This document shows positions 9,455-18,928 of a stretch of 64,000 bases of DNA, piece after piece. The stretch comes from an uncultured Candidatus Saccharibacteria bacterium (GTDB lineage: Bacteria > Patescibacteriota > Saccharimonadia > CAILAD01 > JADZBC01): contig CAZCAO010000001.1 in the NCBI GenBank assembly GCA_964496815.1, positions 83,198-147,197 on the forward strand, read 5' to 3'. The position numbers and the translations under genes were made by a program. The first letter of the stretch is position 1, and each line of letters starts with the position of its first letter. The notes beneath the pieces were generated by a model. That model had not been told where the DNA came from. It ran no database searches and was given only the letters and a program-made list of their open reading frames with translations.

Positions 9455-9570
9455 TTGACACATATTGACGCTCATGCGAGAATTAAAACAAACGCTCGTT
9501 TTCGGATGACGTTGTGGTATCAACATTTACATACCAACGCGCTATAGGGACAGAGGTCCTTTTCTTTTTT
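9455..9570 (+). promoter_or_regulatory. greA leader: promoter plus promoter-proximal hairpin/T-run
   Basis: TTGACA at 9455-9460, 17-nt spacer, GAGAAT at 9478-9483. Then a gtt(gt)ggtat/ataccaac stem and gggac-agag-gtcc followed by ttttctttttt (9547-9570). Confidence 0.35.
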
Positions 9571-9633
9571 ACGAGTATTAGGGCGGACTAAAGATAGTTA
9601 AATTTTAGAAAGTAGCAAGGGGGGAAATAACCT

Positions 9634-10098
9634 ATGAATAAAAAACGTGAATTCTATTTGACCGAAGACGGAGTTAAAAAACTCCAAGCTGAATTAGCCG
9701 AGCTAACCTCGAAGGGTCGCAAAGAGATTGCCAAGGCGCTCAAGGACGCCAAGGAGCTTGGCGATTTGAGTGAAAACGCCGGCTGGGATGATGCCAAAGA
9801 GCGCCAGGTGTTTATCGAAGGCCGTATAGCTGAAATCGATTCGATCCTCAAGCAGGCCAAGATGATCAAGAAGACAAGCGGTGGTGCTGTTGATATTGGT
9901 TCAACTGTGCACGTTGAGCTTGAAAGCGGCAAGCAGCAATTTCGAATTGTTGGCTCTACCGAGGCAGATCCAGGTCAGGGCCTGATTTCAAATGAATCTC
10001 CAATCGGCCGGGCCTTGCTTGGCAAAAAGAAGGGCGAAGAAGTAGAAGTTGAAGTTCCAGCAGGTACGATGACTTACAAGATTATTGACGTTAAGTAG
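9634..10098 (+). CDS. greA: transcription elongation factor GreA
   Basis: GDLSENAGWDDAKERQ motif, 154 aa, RBS aagggggg. Confidence 0.92.
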   Translation: MNKKREFYLTEDGVKKLQAELAELTSKGRKEIAKALKDAKELGDLSENAGWDDAKERQVFIEGRIAEIDSILKQAKMIKKTSGGAVDIGSTVHVELESGKQQFRIVGSTEADPGQGLISNESPIGRALLGKKKGEEVEVEVPAGTMTYKIIDVK

Positions 10099-10130
10099 TG
10101 TGATTGCGCTTAAGTGCGTATAATAAACCT

Positions 10131-11606
10131 ATGATTATAGAAAACGACGATATTCGTCAAGAAAAAATTCGCAAAATCACCGAAATGCGGGACGCTGGTC
10201 TTGAGCTGTATCCGTACGGCTACGAAGTGAATGCCCGCATCGCAGAGGTGCGGGATAAACATGATGCTCAGCTGAAGGCCGAGGACAAGACAGAACATAG
10301 AGTCGGTTTAGCAGGCCGTATTATGCTTAAACGTGGCATGGGCGGGGTTTTGTTTATGGACATTCTCGATGAGTCAGGCCGCATGCAATTATTTTTTCAA
10401 AAAAACCAACTTGCTGATGACTTTAAGCTTGCTCAGCAAATTGACCTCGGTGATATTGTCGGTGTTCAGGGCTTTGTATTTAAGACAAAGCTCGGAGAAC
10501 TCTCGATTTGGGTAGAAAGTTTCGAGATTCTCGCTAAGTCCGTTACTGGTATTGCCGATAAGTATCATGGTCTTAAAGATGTTGAATTGCGATATAGAAA
10601 TCGCAGCCTCGATATGGTAATGAACCCGGATAGTCGCGAAGTCCTGCGCAAGCGCTTTCTTATGACCCAAGCTATCCGTGAATTTATGGCGCAGGATGAT
10701 TATCTGGAAGTTGAGACGCCGATTACCCAGGTTGTGTACGGTGGGGCTGCTGCTAAGCCGTTTACGACACATCACCATAAGCTTGATATGGATATGTTCT
10801 TGCGGGTTGCACCCGAGCAAAACCTTAAAAAACTCCTTGCGGGCGGAATGACGGCTGTGTTTGAAATTGGTAAGAACTTTCGTAATGAAAATATTGATCG
10901 GACTCACAACCCAGAATTTACTATGATGGAAGCATATCGAGCATACGTAGACTATACGGCGATGATAGATCTTCTCGAGCGGCTGGTTGAGCATGTTTGC
11001 TTGAAGTTGTTTGGTACGACTGAAATAACTTCGGGCGGGCAGGAGATTAGCTTTGCTCGTCCCTGGAAACAAATTAGCGTCAAAGACGCGCTCAAGCAAC
11101 TGGCAGATCTAGATGTTGATGCGATGAGCGATGAGGACTTATATACAAGAGTGGCAAAGCTCGATAAGGAATTTCACTCTAAGAGCCGCGGTGAAGCCAT
11201 CCTTATACTATTTGAAGAGTATTGTGAGGAGAAGCTGATTCAGCCAACTCATGTGATTGATTACCCTAAGGAGTCGACTCCATTTAGCAAGCAAAATCGC
11301 AAGGATTCGACACTTATTGAGCGATTCGAAAGCTTCGTGCTTGGACGAGAGCTGGCTAATGCTTATTCGGAGTTGAATGACCCAATTCTACAACGTACCC
11401 TTTTGGAAAGTCAGGTCAAGATGGCCGAAAATGGCGCCGAGGAAATTTGGGGACAAGTTGATGAAGAGTTCTTGGAAGCGATGGAGCTAGGAATGCCGCC
11501 CGCAGGTGGAATTGGCATCGGCTTGGATCGTTTGGCGATGACGCTTTTGGACCAAGACAGCATTCGCGATGTCATCTACTTTCCTACCATGAAGCCGCGT
11601 AATTAG
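10131..11606 (+). CDS. lysS: lysyl-tRNA synthetase (class II)
   Basis: FRNENIDRTHNPEFTMMEAY and GMPPAGGIGIGLDRL motifs. The start is ambiguous (TTG 10104 or ATG 10131). Confidence 0.9.
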   Translation: MIIENDDIRQEKIRKITEMRDAGLELYPYGYEVNARIAEVRDKHDAQLKAEDKTEHRVGLAGRIMLKRGMGGVLFMDILDESGRMQLFFQKNQLADDFKLAQQIDLGDIVGVQGFVFKTKLGELSIWVESFEILAKSVTGIADKYHGLKDVELRYRNRSLDMVMNPDSREVLRKRFLMTQAIREFMAQDDYLEVETPITQVVYGGAAAKPFTTHHHKLDMDMFLRVAPEQNLKKLLAGGMTAVFEIGKNFRNENIDRTHNPEFTMMEAYRAYVDYTAMIDLLERLVEHVCLKLFGTTEITSGGQEISFARPWKQISVKDALKQLADLDVDAMSDEDLYTRVAKLDKEFHSKSRGEAILILFEEYCEEKLIQPTHVIDYPKESTPFSKQNRKDSTLIERFESFVLGRELANAYSELNDPILQRTLLESQVKMAENGAEEIWGQVDEEFLEAMELGMPPAGGIGIGLDRLAMTLLDQDSIRDVIYFPTMKPRN

Positions 11607-11648
11607 GCTGCTCGTTTTATCGAGTAAAATGGCGTATAATTTAGGTAT

Positions 11649-12875
11649 ATGCTAGACATTAAGTACATCCGTGAACACCCTGATGCTGTGCGAGATAGCA
11701 TTGCCCGCCGCGGCAGCAAGTTAGACCTCAATGAGCTTCTAGACATTGATCAAACACGCGTTCGGCTGATTGGTGAAACCGAAAATTTACGAGCTCAACT
11801 CAAAGTCGATGGTAGGCCGACCGATGAGCAACTTGCTCGCCTGCAGCAGCTCAAGCTTCAGTATGAGGAAGCTGACAGCAAGCTCAGTGAACTAACACAA
11901 CAATACCAAGACTTGCTTGAGCAGGTACCTAACTTGTTGGCGGCGGATACGCCTGACGGTGATGAATCGGCTAAACGCATCGAGCGAACGTGGGGCGAAG
12001 CTCAAAAGCCTGATTTTGAGCCAAAAGACCACTTGGAGTTGAGTGCTATTCATGACTTTGTGAACTTCGAGGCTGGCGCCAAGGTGGCGGGCAATAAATT
12101 CTACTTTTTGCGCCCCAAGGCGGTGAAGCTGTGGCAAGCAGTACTACGCTTAGCTCAGGATATTACCGATGAAGCAGGCTTTGAGTTGATGATGACACCA
12201 CATATGGTGAACGAGAGGGTAGCTGCAGGAACGGGATATATTCCAAAGGGCGAGCAGGCTGACAATTATCAAGACAAAGAGCAGGGTCTTGTGATGATTG
12301 CCACGTCAGAGATTCCATTGACGGCTTATCATATGAATGAAGTCATTGAGCTTGATCAGCCGCAGCAGTACGCTGGGCTCTCCACTTGTTATCGTCTTGA
12401 AGGCAGTGCCTACGGCAAGTTCACCAAGGGCCTCTATAGAGTGCACCAATTCGAAAAGCTTGAAATGTACATTTTTGCTCGTCCCGAAAGTAGTGATGCT
12501 GAACTTGAAAAGATTGTTGCACTCGAGGAAAAGATTTTTCAGGCACTCGAAATACCTTACCAGGTAACTCGTACCCCAAGTGGCGACTTATCTGCCCCGG
12601 CTTACAAGAAGTATGATTTGGAGTATTTCTCGCCGGTTGATGATGGTTATCGTGAGTTAACTAGCTGCTCTAACTGTACCGATTATCAAGCACGCCGTCT
12701 CAACATTCGATTTCGTAATGCTGAGGGTAAGCTCGAGCACGTACACACCCTCAATGGCACAGCAGTTAATTCGACCCGTACGCTTATCGCGCTTTTAGAA
12801 AACCACCAGCAGGCAGACGGTGGAGTACGTATACCAGAGGCATTGCAAAAATATTATGGAGGAACCACACTATGA
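11649..12875 (+). CDS. serS: seryl-tRNA synthetase
   Basis: N-terminal coiled-coil arm, TCYRLE, RVHQFEKLEMY and NGTAVNSTRTLIALLENHQ. Confidence 0.92.
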   Translation: MLDIKYIREHPDAVRDSIARRGSKLDLNELLDIDQTRVRLIGETENLRAQLKVDGRPTDEQLARLQQLKLQYEEADSKLSELTQQYQDLLEQVPNLLAADTPDGDESAKRIERTWGEAQKPDFEPKDHLELSAIHDFVNFEAGAKVAGNKFYFLRPKAVKLWQAVLRLAQDITDEAGFELMMTPHMVNERVAAGTGYIPKGEQADNYQDKEQGLVMIATSEIPLTAYHMNEVIELDQPQQYAGLSTCYRLEGSAYGKFTKGLYRVHQFEKLEMYIFARPESSDAELEKIVALEEKIFQALEIPYQVTRTPSGDLSAPAYKKYDLEYFSPVDDGYRELTSCSNCTDYQARRLNIRFRNAEGKLEHVHTLNGTAVNSTRTLIALLENHQQADGGVRIPEALQKYYGGTTL

Positions 12876-13276
12876 TCACATTGCAGGTTACAGGACGCAA
12901 ATATGAGGTTGACGAGGAGCTACACCGCTACACGCGAAAACGACTTGGTAGTCTAGATAAATACATTCCTCGTAAGCATAAAGCTCAGCAAATGCATGTA
13001 GAGATATTCAGAGATCCATCTGGTAAAGAAGACAATCGTTATAAAGTAAAAGTTAATTTGCATCTGCCAGAAAATGAAATCGTGGCTGAGACTGCTACCA
13101 TGAACCCGCATGCAGCAATTGATATAGTACGAGAAAAGCTTAAACTGCAAATACGTCGATACAAAGAAAAGCATGCAGTGCGTAGGTTCCGAATCAAAGA
13201 ACTGTTCAACCGCGCCAAAAAAGAAGAACGTCGGGCGGCAAAAGCAAGCACGTATCGTGAGCGAGAGCTCGATTAG
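12872..13276 (+). CDS. hpf: ribosome hibernation promoting factor / RaiA family
   Basis: MITLQVTGRKYEVDEELHRYTRKRLGSLDKY is an S30AE-type N-terminus. Basic tail. Start overlaps the serS stop. Confidence 0.75.
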   Translation: MITLQVTGRKYEVDEELHRYTRKRLGSLDKYIPRKHKAQQMHVEIFRDPSGKEDNRYKVKVNLHLPENEIVAETATMNPHAAIDIVREKLKLQIRRYKEKHAVRRFRIKELFNRAKKEERRAAKASTYRERELD

Positions 13277-13309
13277 TCACATAAGACGGTTGTAAGAAAG
13301 GGGTATGGC

Positions 13310-15880
13310 TTGCCAATACTAAAAAAAATCTTTGGAGATCCTAACGCGCGTGAAATCAAGCGTGTGCGTGCTGTGGTTGATCGCGTCAACAACCACACCC
13401 AAGCTGTTAAGGATTTATCGGATGTTGATTTGCAGGCCAAAACAGCTGCATTTAAAGAGCTTTTGAGCGCCGGTAAGACATTAGATGACGTGCTGCCTGA
13501 AGCCTTCGCAGTAGTACGTGAGGCGTCGGAGCGAGTTTTGGGTATGCGGCACTTTGATGTTCAGCTCATGGGTGGCGTAGTTCTTCATGAAGGCAAAATC
13601 GCTGAAATGCGGACTGGTGAAGGTAAAACATTGGTCGCGACAGCACCAGTTTACCTCAACGCTCTGCAGGGTAAAGGCGTGCACGTTATTACGGTTAATG
13701 ACTATCTTGCTCGTTTGCATGCCGGTTGGATGGGGCAGGTTTATCATTTTCTTGGGCAATCAACTGGTGTGATTATGCATGATCAGGCATTTATTTATGA
13801 TCCGGAATATACCGATGATAGTCATGGTGATGAGCGCTTGGCTCATTTGCGCCCAGTTAGTCGCAAGGAAGCCTATGCTGCCGATATTACTTATGGTACC
13901 AATAACGAATTTGGCTTTGATTACTTGCGGGACAACATGGTGCAGGACCTTGAGCAAATGGTGCAGCGTGAATTGAATTATGCGATTGTAGATGAAGTCG
14001 ACTCAATTTTGATTGATGAAGCTCGTACCCCGCTCATAATTTCTGCGCCTGGTGCAAAGTCGACTGATCGGTATTATGCGTTTGCTAAGATCGCTAAAAG
14101 TTTATCTCCAGAAAAGCACTACACCCTCGATGAAAAGCAAAAAACAGCCAGCCTAACCGACGAAGGTATCGCGATGATCGAAAAGGCACTTGGCGTTGAA
14201 AACATTTATGAAGCTGGTCGGATCGAAGATGTCCACCTGATCGAACAAAGCCTTAAAGCAACGGCTTTGTTTAAGCGCGACCGCGACTACGTCGTGACCG
14301 ATGATGGTGAGATAGTGATTGTCGATGAGTTCACTGGTAGGCTTATGCCGGGTCGCCGCTGGAGCGAGGGCTTGCATCAGGCCGTAGAAGCCAAGGAAGG
14401 TCTCAACATCCAGCAAGAATCCCAGACACTCGCTACCGTTACGTTCCAGAATCTTTTTCGGCTGTATGGCAAGCTAGCTGGTATGACCGGAACCGCTGCG
14501 ACCGAGGCAGAAGAATTCTCGAAGATTTATAAACTCGAAGTCACGACCATCCCGACACATCGGCCTATGGTTCGAAAGGACGCTCCTGATAGGATCTATA
14601 AGACAGAGCAAGCTAAGTTCGAGGCGGTTGTCGCCGAAGTAGCAGAGCGGCACAGCTTAGGCCAGCCAGTGCTGCTTGGTACGGTGAGCATCGAAAAGAA
14701 CGAGCGGCTGAGTCGGATGTTGACTAAGGCTAAGGTGCCGCACGAAGTCTTGAATGCTAAGAATAACGAGGCTGAAGCTACTATTATCGCTCGAGCTGGT
14801 CAAAAAGGCGCCGTTACGCTTGCTACAAACATTGCAGGGCGCGGTACTGACATTACCTTGGGCGAAGAGGTCGCGTCATTAGGTGGACTGCATGTACTCG
14901 GTACTGAGCGCCACGAGTCACGTCGAATTGATAATCAGTTGCGGGGTCGTGCCGGCCGTCAGGGCGATCCTGGTTCAAGCCAGTTCTTCGTCAGCCTCGA
15001 TGATGATCTGATGCGCATCTTTGGCTCAGAAAAGATCGCCTCAATTATGAACACACTACGTCTACCTGATGATGTGCCAATTGAGAATGCCATGATTTCA
15101 CGTTCGCTCGAGTCGGCTCAAAAGAAAGTCGAGGGCCATAACTTTGATATTCGTAAGCACCTAGTAGAGTACGATGATGTCATGAACTCGCACCGTGAGA
15201 TCATGTATGCCCGACGTCGACGTGTCCTGGACGCTACCAGTCAGAAGGCAGAGATTCTCGATATGATTAGGGCAGAATTCTCAGCAATTGTGGCTGCAAA
15301 TACTGACACTAAAACCTCCGACATCGATTTGGCAAAGGTCGCGGAATCAGCTGCCCAGGTAGTTACCCTGCCGTCTGATTGGGCTGATAGCCTTCAGTCT
15401 CGCTTACCACAAGACATTGTAGCGAATCTCATGGATCAGGCCGAGCAGCTATACAAAAAGCGCGAAGACGAGTTTGGCGAAGATAGCATGCGTATTTTGG
15501 AGCGTATTGTGAGTCTACAAATCATCGATAATGCCTGGTTGAATCACCTAGAGACCATGGAACATCTGCGGGACGGCATTGGTTTGCGTGGTTACGCTCA
15601 GCGCGACCCATTGGTTGAGTATAAGTCTGAAGCTTATCGGCTATTTAAGCAGCTACAAAGAGCGGTCGACGCTGAAGTGGCGACAACAATCTTCAAGGTA
15701 GCCTTGCAGCGTGACATGCCAGAATCCCTACCTGAAACAGCAATTACGTCGGGTGTAGCTCAGGCTCAGACGATTGGCCCAGATGAAAGTGGTGCATCAC
15801 GCAGCGAACGTGGCAGTAGCGCGGGCAATCGAGCTGCTCGCCGGGCTGCCGCAAGGGCCGCCAAAAAGCAGCGTTCATAA
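13310..15880 (+). CDS. secA: preprotein translocase ATPase SecA
   Basis: MRTGEGKTLVATAPVYLNAL and DEVDSILIDEARTPLIIS. TTG start follows aagaaagggg. Confidence 0.95.
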   Translation: MPILKKIFGDPNAREIKRVRAVVDRVNNHTQAVKDLSDVDLQAKTAAFKELLSAGKTLDDVLPEAFAVVREASERVLGMRHFDVQLMGGVVLHEGKIAEMRTGEGKTLVATAPVYLNALQGKGVHVITVNDYLARLHAGWMGQVYHFLGQSTGVIMHDQAFIYDPEYTDDSHGDERLAHLRPVSRKEAYAADITYGTNNEFGFDYLRDNMVQDLEQMVQRELNYAIVDEVDSILIDEARTPLIISAPGAKSTDRYYAFAKIAKSLSPEKHYTLDEKQKTASLTDEGIAMIEKALGVENIYEAGRIEDVHLIEQSLKATALFKRDRDYVVTDDGEIVIVDEFTGRLMPGRRWSEGLHQAVEAKEGLNIQQESQTLATVTFQNLFRLYGKLAGMTGTAATEAEEFSKIYKLEVTTIPTHRPMVRKDAPDRIYKTEQAKFEAVVAEVAERHSLGQPVLLGTVSIEKNERLSRMLTKAKVPHEVLNAKNNEAEATIIARAGQKGAVTLATNIAGRGTDITLGEEVASLGGLHVLGTERHESRRIDNQLRGRAGRQGDPGSSQFFVSLDDDLMRIFGSEKIASIMNTLRLPDDVPIENAMISRSLESAQKKVEGHNFDIRKHLVEYDDVMNSHREIMYARRRRVLDATSQKAEILDMIRAEFSAIVAANTDTKTSDIDLAKVAESAAQVVTLPSDWADSLQSRLPQDIVANLMDQAEQLYKKREDEFGEDSMRILERIVSLQIIDNAWLNHLETMEHLRDGIGLRGYAQRDPLVEYKSEAYRLFKQLQRAVDAEVATTIFKVALQRDMPESLPETAITSGVAQAQTIGPDESGASRSERGSSAGNRAARRAAARAAKKQRS

Positions 15881-15970
15881 GTCGCGCTAAAGAAGCATAA
15901 CTAGTTTGACAAGGCGGCAATCTAGACCCTATACTTATTACTAATAGTAAATAAACAAAGGGTGAGTAAT

Positions 15971-18148
15971 ATGCCGGCCGAAAGCGGACCTTCGTCATCT
16001 TCAACTGAAACGGGCAAAAGCCCAGTCATTTCAACTCCAGATCTAAAATCAACTGCCGATCGTGGAATTTCAAAAACAGAATCAGGTTTGTTTGTGGTCA
16101 AAGAAGACCCTACGAATGTTGATCCAAAAGACAGTGCACTATCGGCGGCGCGCGGCGTTGGCATGAGTGAGAAAGGCCTTGGTTCGATTAAATACCCTGA
16201 TAAGTTGAGTGCCGAAGAGCAGAAAGAAAAACAGATAGAAGAAGGTCCGACCGACTGGATTGATTGGAATGATCGGCGCGTAAAGGGTGGCGGCAGCGGT
16301 AATAATAATGGCGGCGGCAATATCCCTTCTGGCGAAGGTGGTAATAACAGCAATGGCGGTCGTACTTCTGGCGGCGAAGTCGTTATAGATGACGGCGGTA
16401 TTGATAATGGTGGTCCTACGCCAGGTGGTGAAGGTGGTGGTGACAATAGTAATGGTGGCGGCAACACTCCTGGCGGCGAGGGCGGTGGTGACAATGGCGA
16501 CGGCGGTACCCCAGGTGGCGAGATTGTCATAGATGACGGCGGTATTGACGGCGACGGCGGTACCCCAGGTGGCGAAGGTGGTGGCAACACTCCTGGCGGC
16601 GAAGGCGGTGGCCCCGAAGACCCAGAGGGTCCTCCTGTTTACGGCCCCGGCGTAGGGGATGCCTATGATCCAGCCGGCGGCGATCCAACTCCTCCAGTAC
16701 CCCCAGCGCCTCCAGAGGACACCGATCCTGCCACCCCTGAAGGACGAGAGCCCGCTCCAGTTTATCCTGACTTTGAACAGACAAGAGCTGAGCTCGAAGA
16801 TGCAATCCAGCGTTTAGCTAAAGCCAAGGATCGAAGCGATTCTATTTTTAGTCGATTCCATAAAAAGGTGGAGGGTCGCAACGACCAGGCCGAACTTGAT
16901 GCCGCAAGCCAGCACCTCAAGGACGTCTTCGCCAAATATGTCAGTGCAATAGCAGGTGTTACGTACGAAGGTAATGCTCGAGCACGAGCTAAAATGGCAG
17001 AACTCGGAAGCACGGTCTTAAAGGACCCAAATGATCCAAGCCTCGGCTACGCCGATGGCGTCTCGCCTGATCTCATTAGGCAATACGAAGCGGCACAGAA
17101 TGCGAAGCTCGCTGCGGAACGTGATGCGACCGAAATGATTGTGCAGGAAATGGCCTCAGCTCGCTATAAGGTTGACCAGGCTCAACTAGAGATCAAAAAA
17201 CAGAAACCAGGTGGCAAATTTATATCTAAATTCCGTGAACTCTGGACGAAGCATCCAGTCATTAAGTCTGCAATTGGTTGGGGCTTAATGGGCGCCGGTG
17301 CAGTCGCAACAGCAAGTGGTGCTGCGCCATTGGCGATTGGCTTTTTTGCAGCCCGTAAGGCGCTTGGAACGGTAGGTACCTATATGGGGGTCGAGGGTGC
17401 CGGACGTGCGCTAACTGGACTCAAATCTAAACGTGAAGAGGCGAAAGGAGCACGAGAAGGACTAGAAGGGCTAGATATTCCAGTGCTCCGAGATATAGCC
17501 GAGCAGCGGGCTTCACAATTTGGAACAGAAGACAAGCTGACAGGTGAAACATTTAGTGATGAGCAACGTGTGGCTATCGAGCAGTTTGTGCAGCAGCATG
17601 CTTCTGAAATATTCTTTGAACCAAATAGTCTGTTCGAAGCAGTTAGGCGTCCTGAAATCAATCCTTCGGCTGTGGTTGACTCCCTCCTGGATGATCGACT
17701 CGATAGGCTCAAACGTGATTCGCGCTGGACACGACGTAGTAAGTACTTGGCAGCAGCAGGTGCAGCAGTCGTAGGCGCAGCGTCTATTGCAGCTATAAAG
17801 GACGCGCTTGATGCTCGTCCGCCTGTACCACGGCCAGCTGGCGAACCAACTTCGAAGCAACTTGATAATGCATTCTTCCAGGGCATTGCCGACCACCACG
17901 GGCCTAGTACTCGTGCAGACTGGGCGGCACTCCAGCAGGCTGGACCTGGCAAAGCTAAGCTTTTGTGGGAGGCAAATCCGAGTCATGAAATGGTTGGTAA
18001 GGCCTTTGCCGATGGTGCCTGGAGAGATCAATTGGTTGGCTTATCCGCTAAGGACCAATTGACCGCAGCACGGTTGTTTGGACAGCAGTTTGATGCAGGT
18101 ACGTTCTCAGAACAATCAGCTGCAACTATTGTTGATGCATTAAAATAA
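15971..18148 (+). CDS. large hypothetical protein with Gly/Asn/Pro-rich repeat array, coiled-coil region and hydrophobic segments
   Basis: ATG 15971 follows aagggtg. GGxTPGGEGGG repeats, then a Pro-rich linker, helical region and two Ala/Gly-rich hydrophobic stretches. No signal peptide seen. Confidence 0.7.
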   Translation: MPAESGPSSSSTETGKSPVISTPDLKSTADRGISKTESGLFVVKEDPTNVDPKDSALSAARGVGMSEKGLGSIKYPDKLSAEEQKEKQIEEGPTDWIDWNDRRVKGGGSGNNNGGGNIPSGEGGNNSNGGRTSGGEVVIDDGGIDNGGPTPGGEGGGDNSNGGGNTPGGEGGGDNGDGGTPGGEIVIDDGGIDGDGGTPGGEGGGNTPGGEGGGPEDPEGPPVYGPGVGDAYDPAGGDPTPPVPPAPPEDTDPATPEGREPAPVYPDFEQTRAELEDAIQRLAKAKDRSDSIFSRFHKKVEGRNDQAELDAASQHLKDVFAKYVSAIAGVTYEGNARARAKMAELGSTVLKDPNDPSLGYADGVSPDLIRQYEAAQNAKLAAERDATEMIVQEMASARYKVDQAQLEIKKQKPGGKFISKFRELWTKHPVIKSAIGWGLMGAGAVATASGAAPLAIGFFAARKALGTVGTYMGVEGAGRALTGLKSKREEAKGAREGLEGLDIPVLRDIAEQRASQFGTEDKLTGETFSDEQRVAIEQFVQQHASEIFFEPNSLFEAVRRPEINPSAVVDSLLDDRLDRLKRDSRWTRRSKYLAAAGAAVVGAASIAAIKDALDARPPVPRPAGEPTSKQLDNAFFQGIADHHGPSTRADWAALQQAGPGKAKLLWEANPSHEMVGKAFADGAWRDQLVGLSAKDQLTAARLFGQQFDAGTFSEQSAATIVDALK
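16285..16612 (+). repeat. in-frame tandem repeat array encoding Gly-rich repeats
   Basis: atagatgacggcggtattga occurs at 16385-16404 and 16529-16548 (144-nt period). Shorter ggtggcga(a/g)ggtggtgg units recur throughout. Confidence 0.8.
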
Positions 18149-18174
18149 GATAACCCTTTAAAGGAGTAACAATT

Positions 18175-18513
18175 ATGGATAAAGATAATCAAGACTTATT
18201 TGAGAAGCTATCACTCACAGATCTACCACAGGTTCGTAAGGATCAGATTCTCGCTCAGCTCGATGAGCTCGTTCAGTCTCGTGTTGCGCTGGCGTTGAGT
18301 GAAAAGATGACCGAAGAGCAATCAACAGAGCTGGATAATATGGTGGACAACGGCACACCGGATCAGTTTCTAGAAAAAATTAAACAATACGTTCCAGATT
18401 ACGATCAGATGGTCGCTAAGATTGCCGAAGACACCATTAGCGAGTTGGCCAACAACAAGGACGCTGTGCTTGCCGAGGTAGAGAGACTTCAGGCACAAGA
18501 CAGTACGAGCTAA
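18175..18513 (+). CDS. small acidic helical hypothetical protein
   Basis: 112 aa, RBS aaaggag, follows the 726-aa protein after a 26-nt gap. From memory it resembles small CPR-wide DUF-type proteins (unverified). Confidence 0.65.
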   Translation: MDKDNQDLFEKLSLTDLPQVRKDQILAQLDELVQSRVALALSEKMTEEQSTELDNMVDNGTPDQFLEKIKQYVPDYDQMVAKIAEDTISELANNKDAVLAEVERLQAQDSTS

Positions 18514-18543
18514 AGTCCGAATTTCTAGTATCGTCAAAAAACA

Positions 18544-18572
18544 TTGACAAAATACTTAATATGTAGTAAAGT
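18544..18572 (+). promoter_or_regulatory. orphan promoter TTGACA-17-TAAAGT
   Basis: TTGACA at 18544-18549, 17-nt spacer, TAAAGT at 18567-18572. No ORF lies between it and the hairpin at 18630-18713. Confidence 0.45.
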
Positions 18573-18629
18573 CTACTTGTTAACTATAACGTCTAGTTAT
18601 GGTTGGTATTTTGACGAGACTTATATCTC

Positions 18630-18713
18630 AAAAAAGCAGGAGGGTGCTTGACGGGCGGATTACTTCATAATGAATATTTCTACCCTAAAGCTGGCCCAAA
18701 CCTGCTTTTTTTT
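18630..18713. other. 84-nt nested hairpin element (A6GCAGG ... CCTGCT8)
   Basis: Outer 11-bp stem 18630-18640/18701-18711. Inner AGGGT/ACCCT stem 18641-45/18682-86. A-run on one side and T-run on the other, so it could act as a bidirectional terminator. Confidence 0.5.
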
Positions 18714-18928
18714 GTAGATCTACCTGGGTTCTGAGGTGGGATTCTGCATGCGTGATATCTGCCGCCCAGGTTGATCGTATGCAGGCTTCCACCCCAGACG
18801 AGGTGGACTACAGACAACCCTGGCGAACCGCCCAGGCCCTGTAGTGCCAAGACAACCAAGCATTCCTGCTTGGCCCTTGGTGCCCCGTCTGGGGCAACGA
18901 CAGCCCTGTGGGGCGGAAAGGGGCAATC

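Noticed and set aside
15922-16590. 222-aa Pro-rich ORF on the minus strand
   Set aside because: It is the mirror image of the GGN-rich repeat codons of the + strand gene (GGN read as NCC). It has no RBS and is an artefact of low-complexity sequence.
878-18810. Shared short strings between the two GC-rich regions (c(c/a)gggttgatc ... caccccag at ~885-930 and ~18765-18805, and caccccag again at ~54925)
   Set aside because: The spacing differs (18 versus 12 nt), and 8-10-mers of this composition are expected by chance in GC-rich DNA. This is not enough to call a conserved element.
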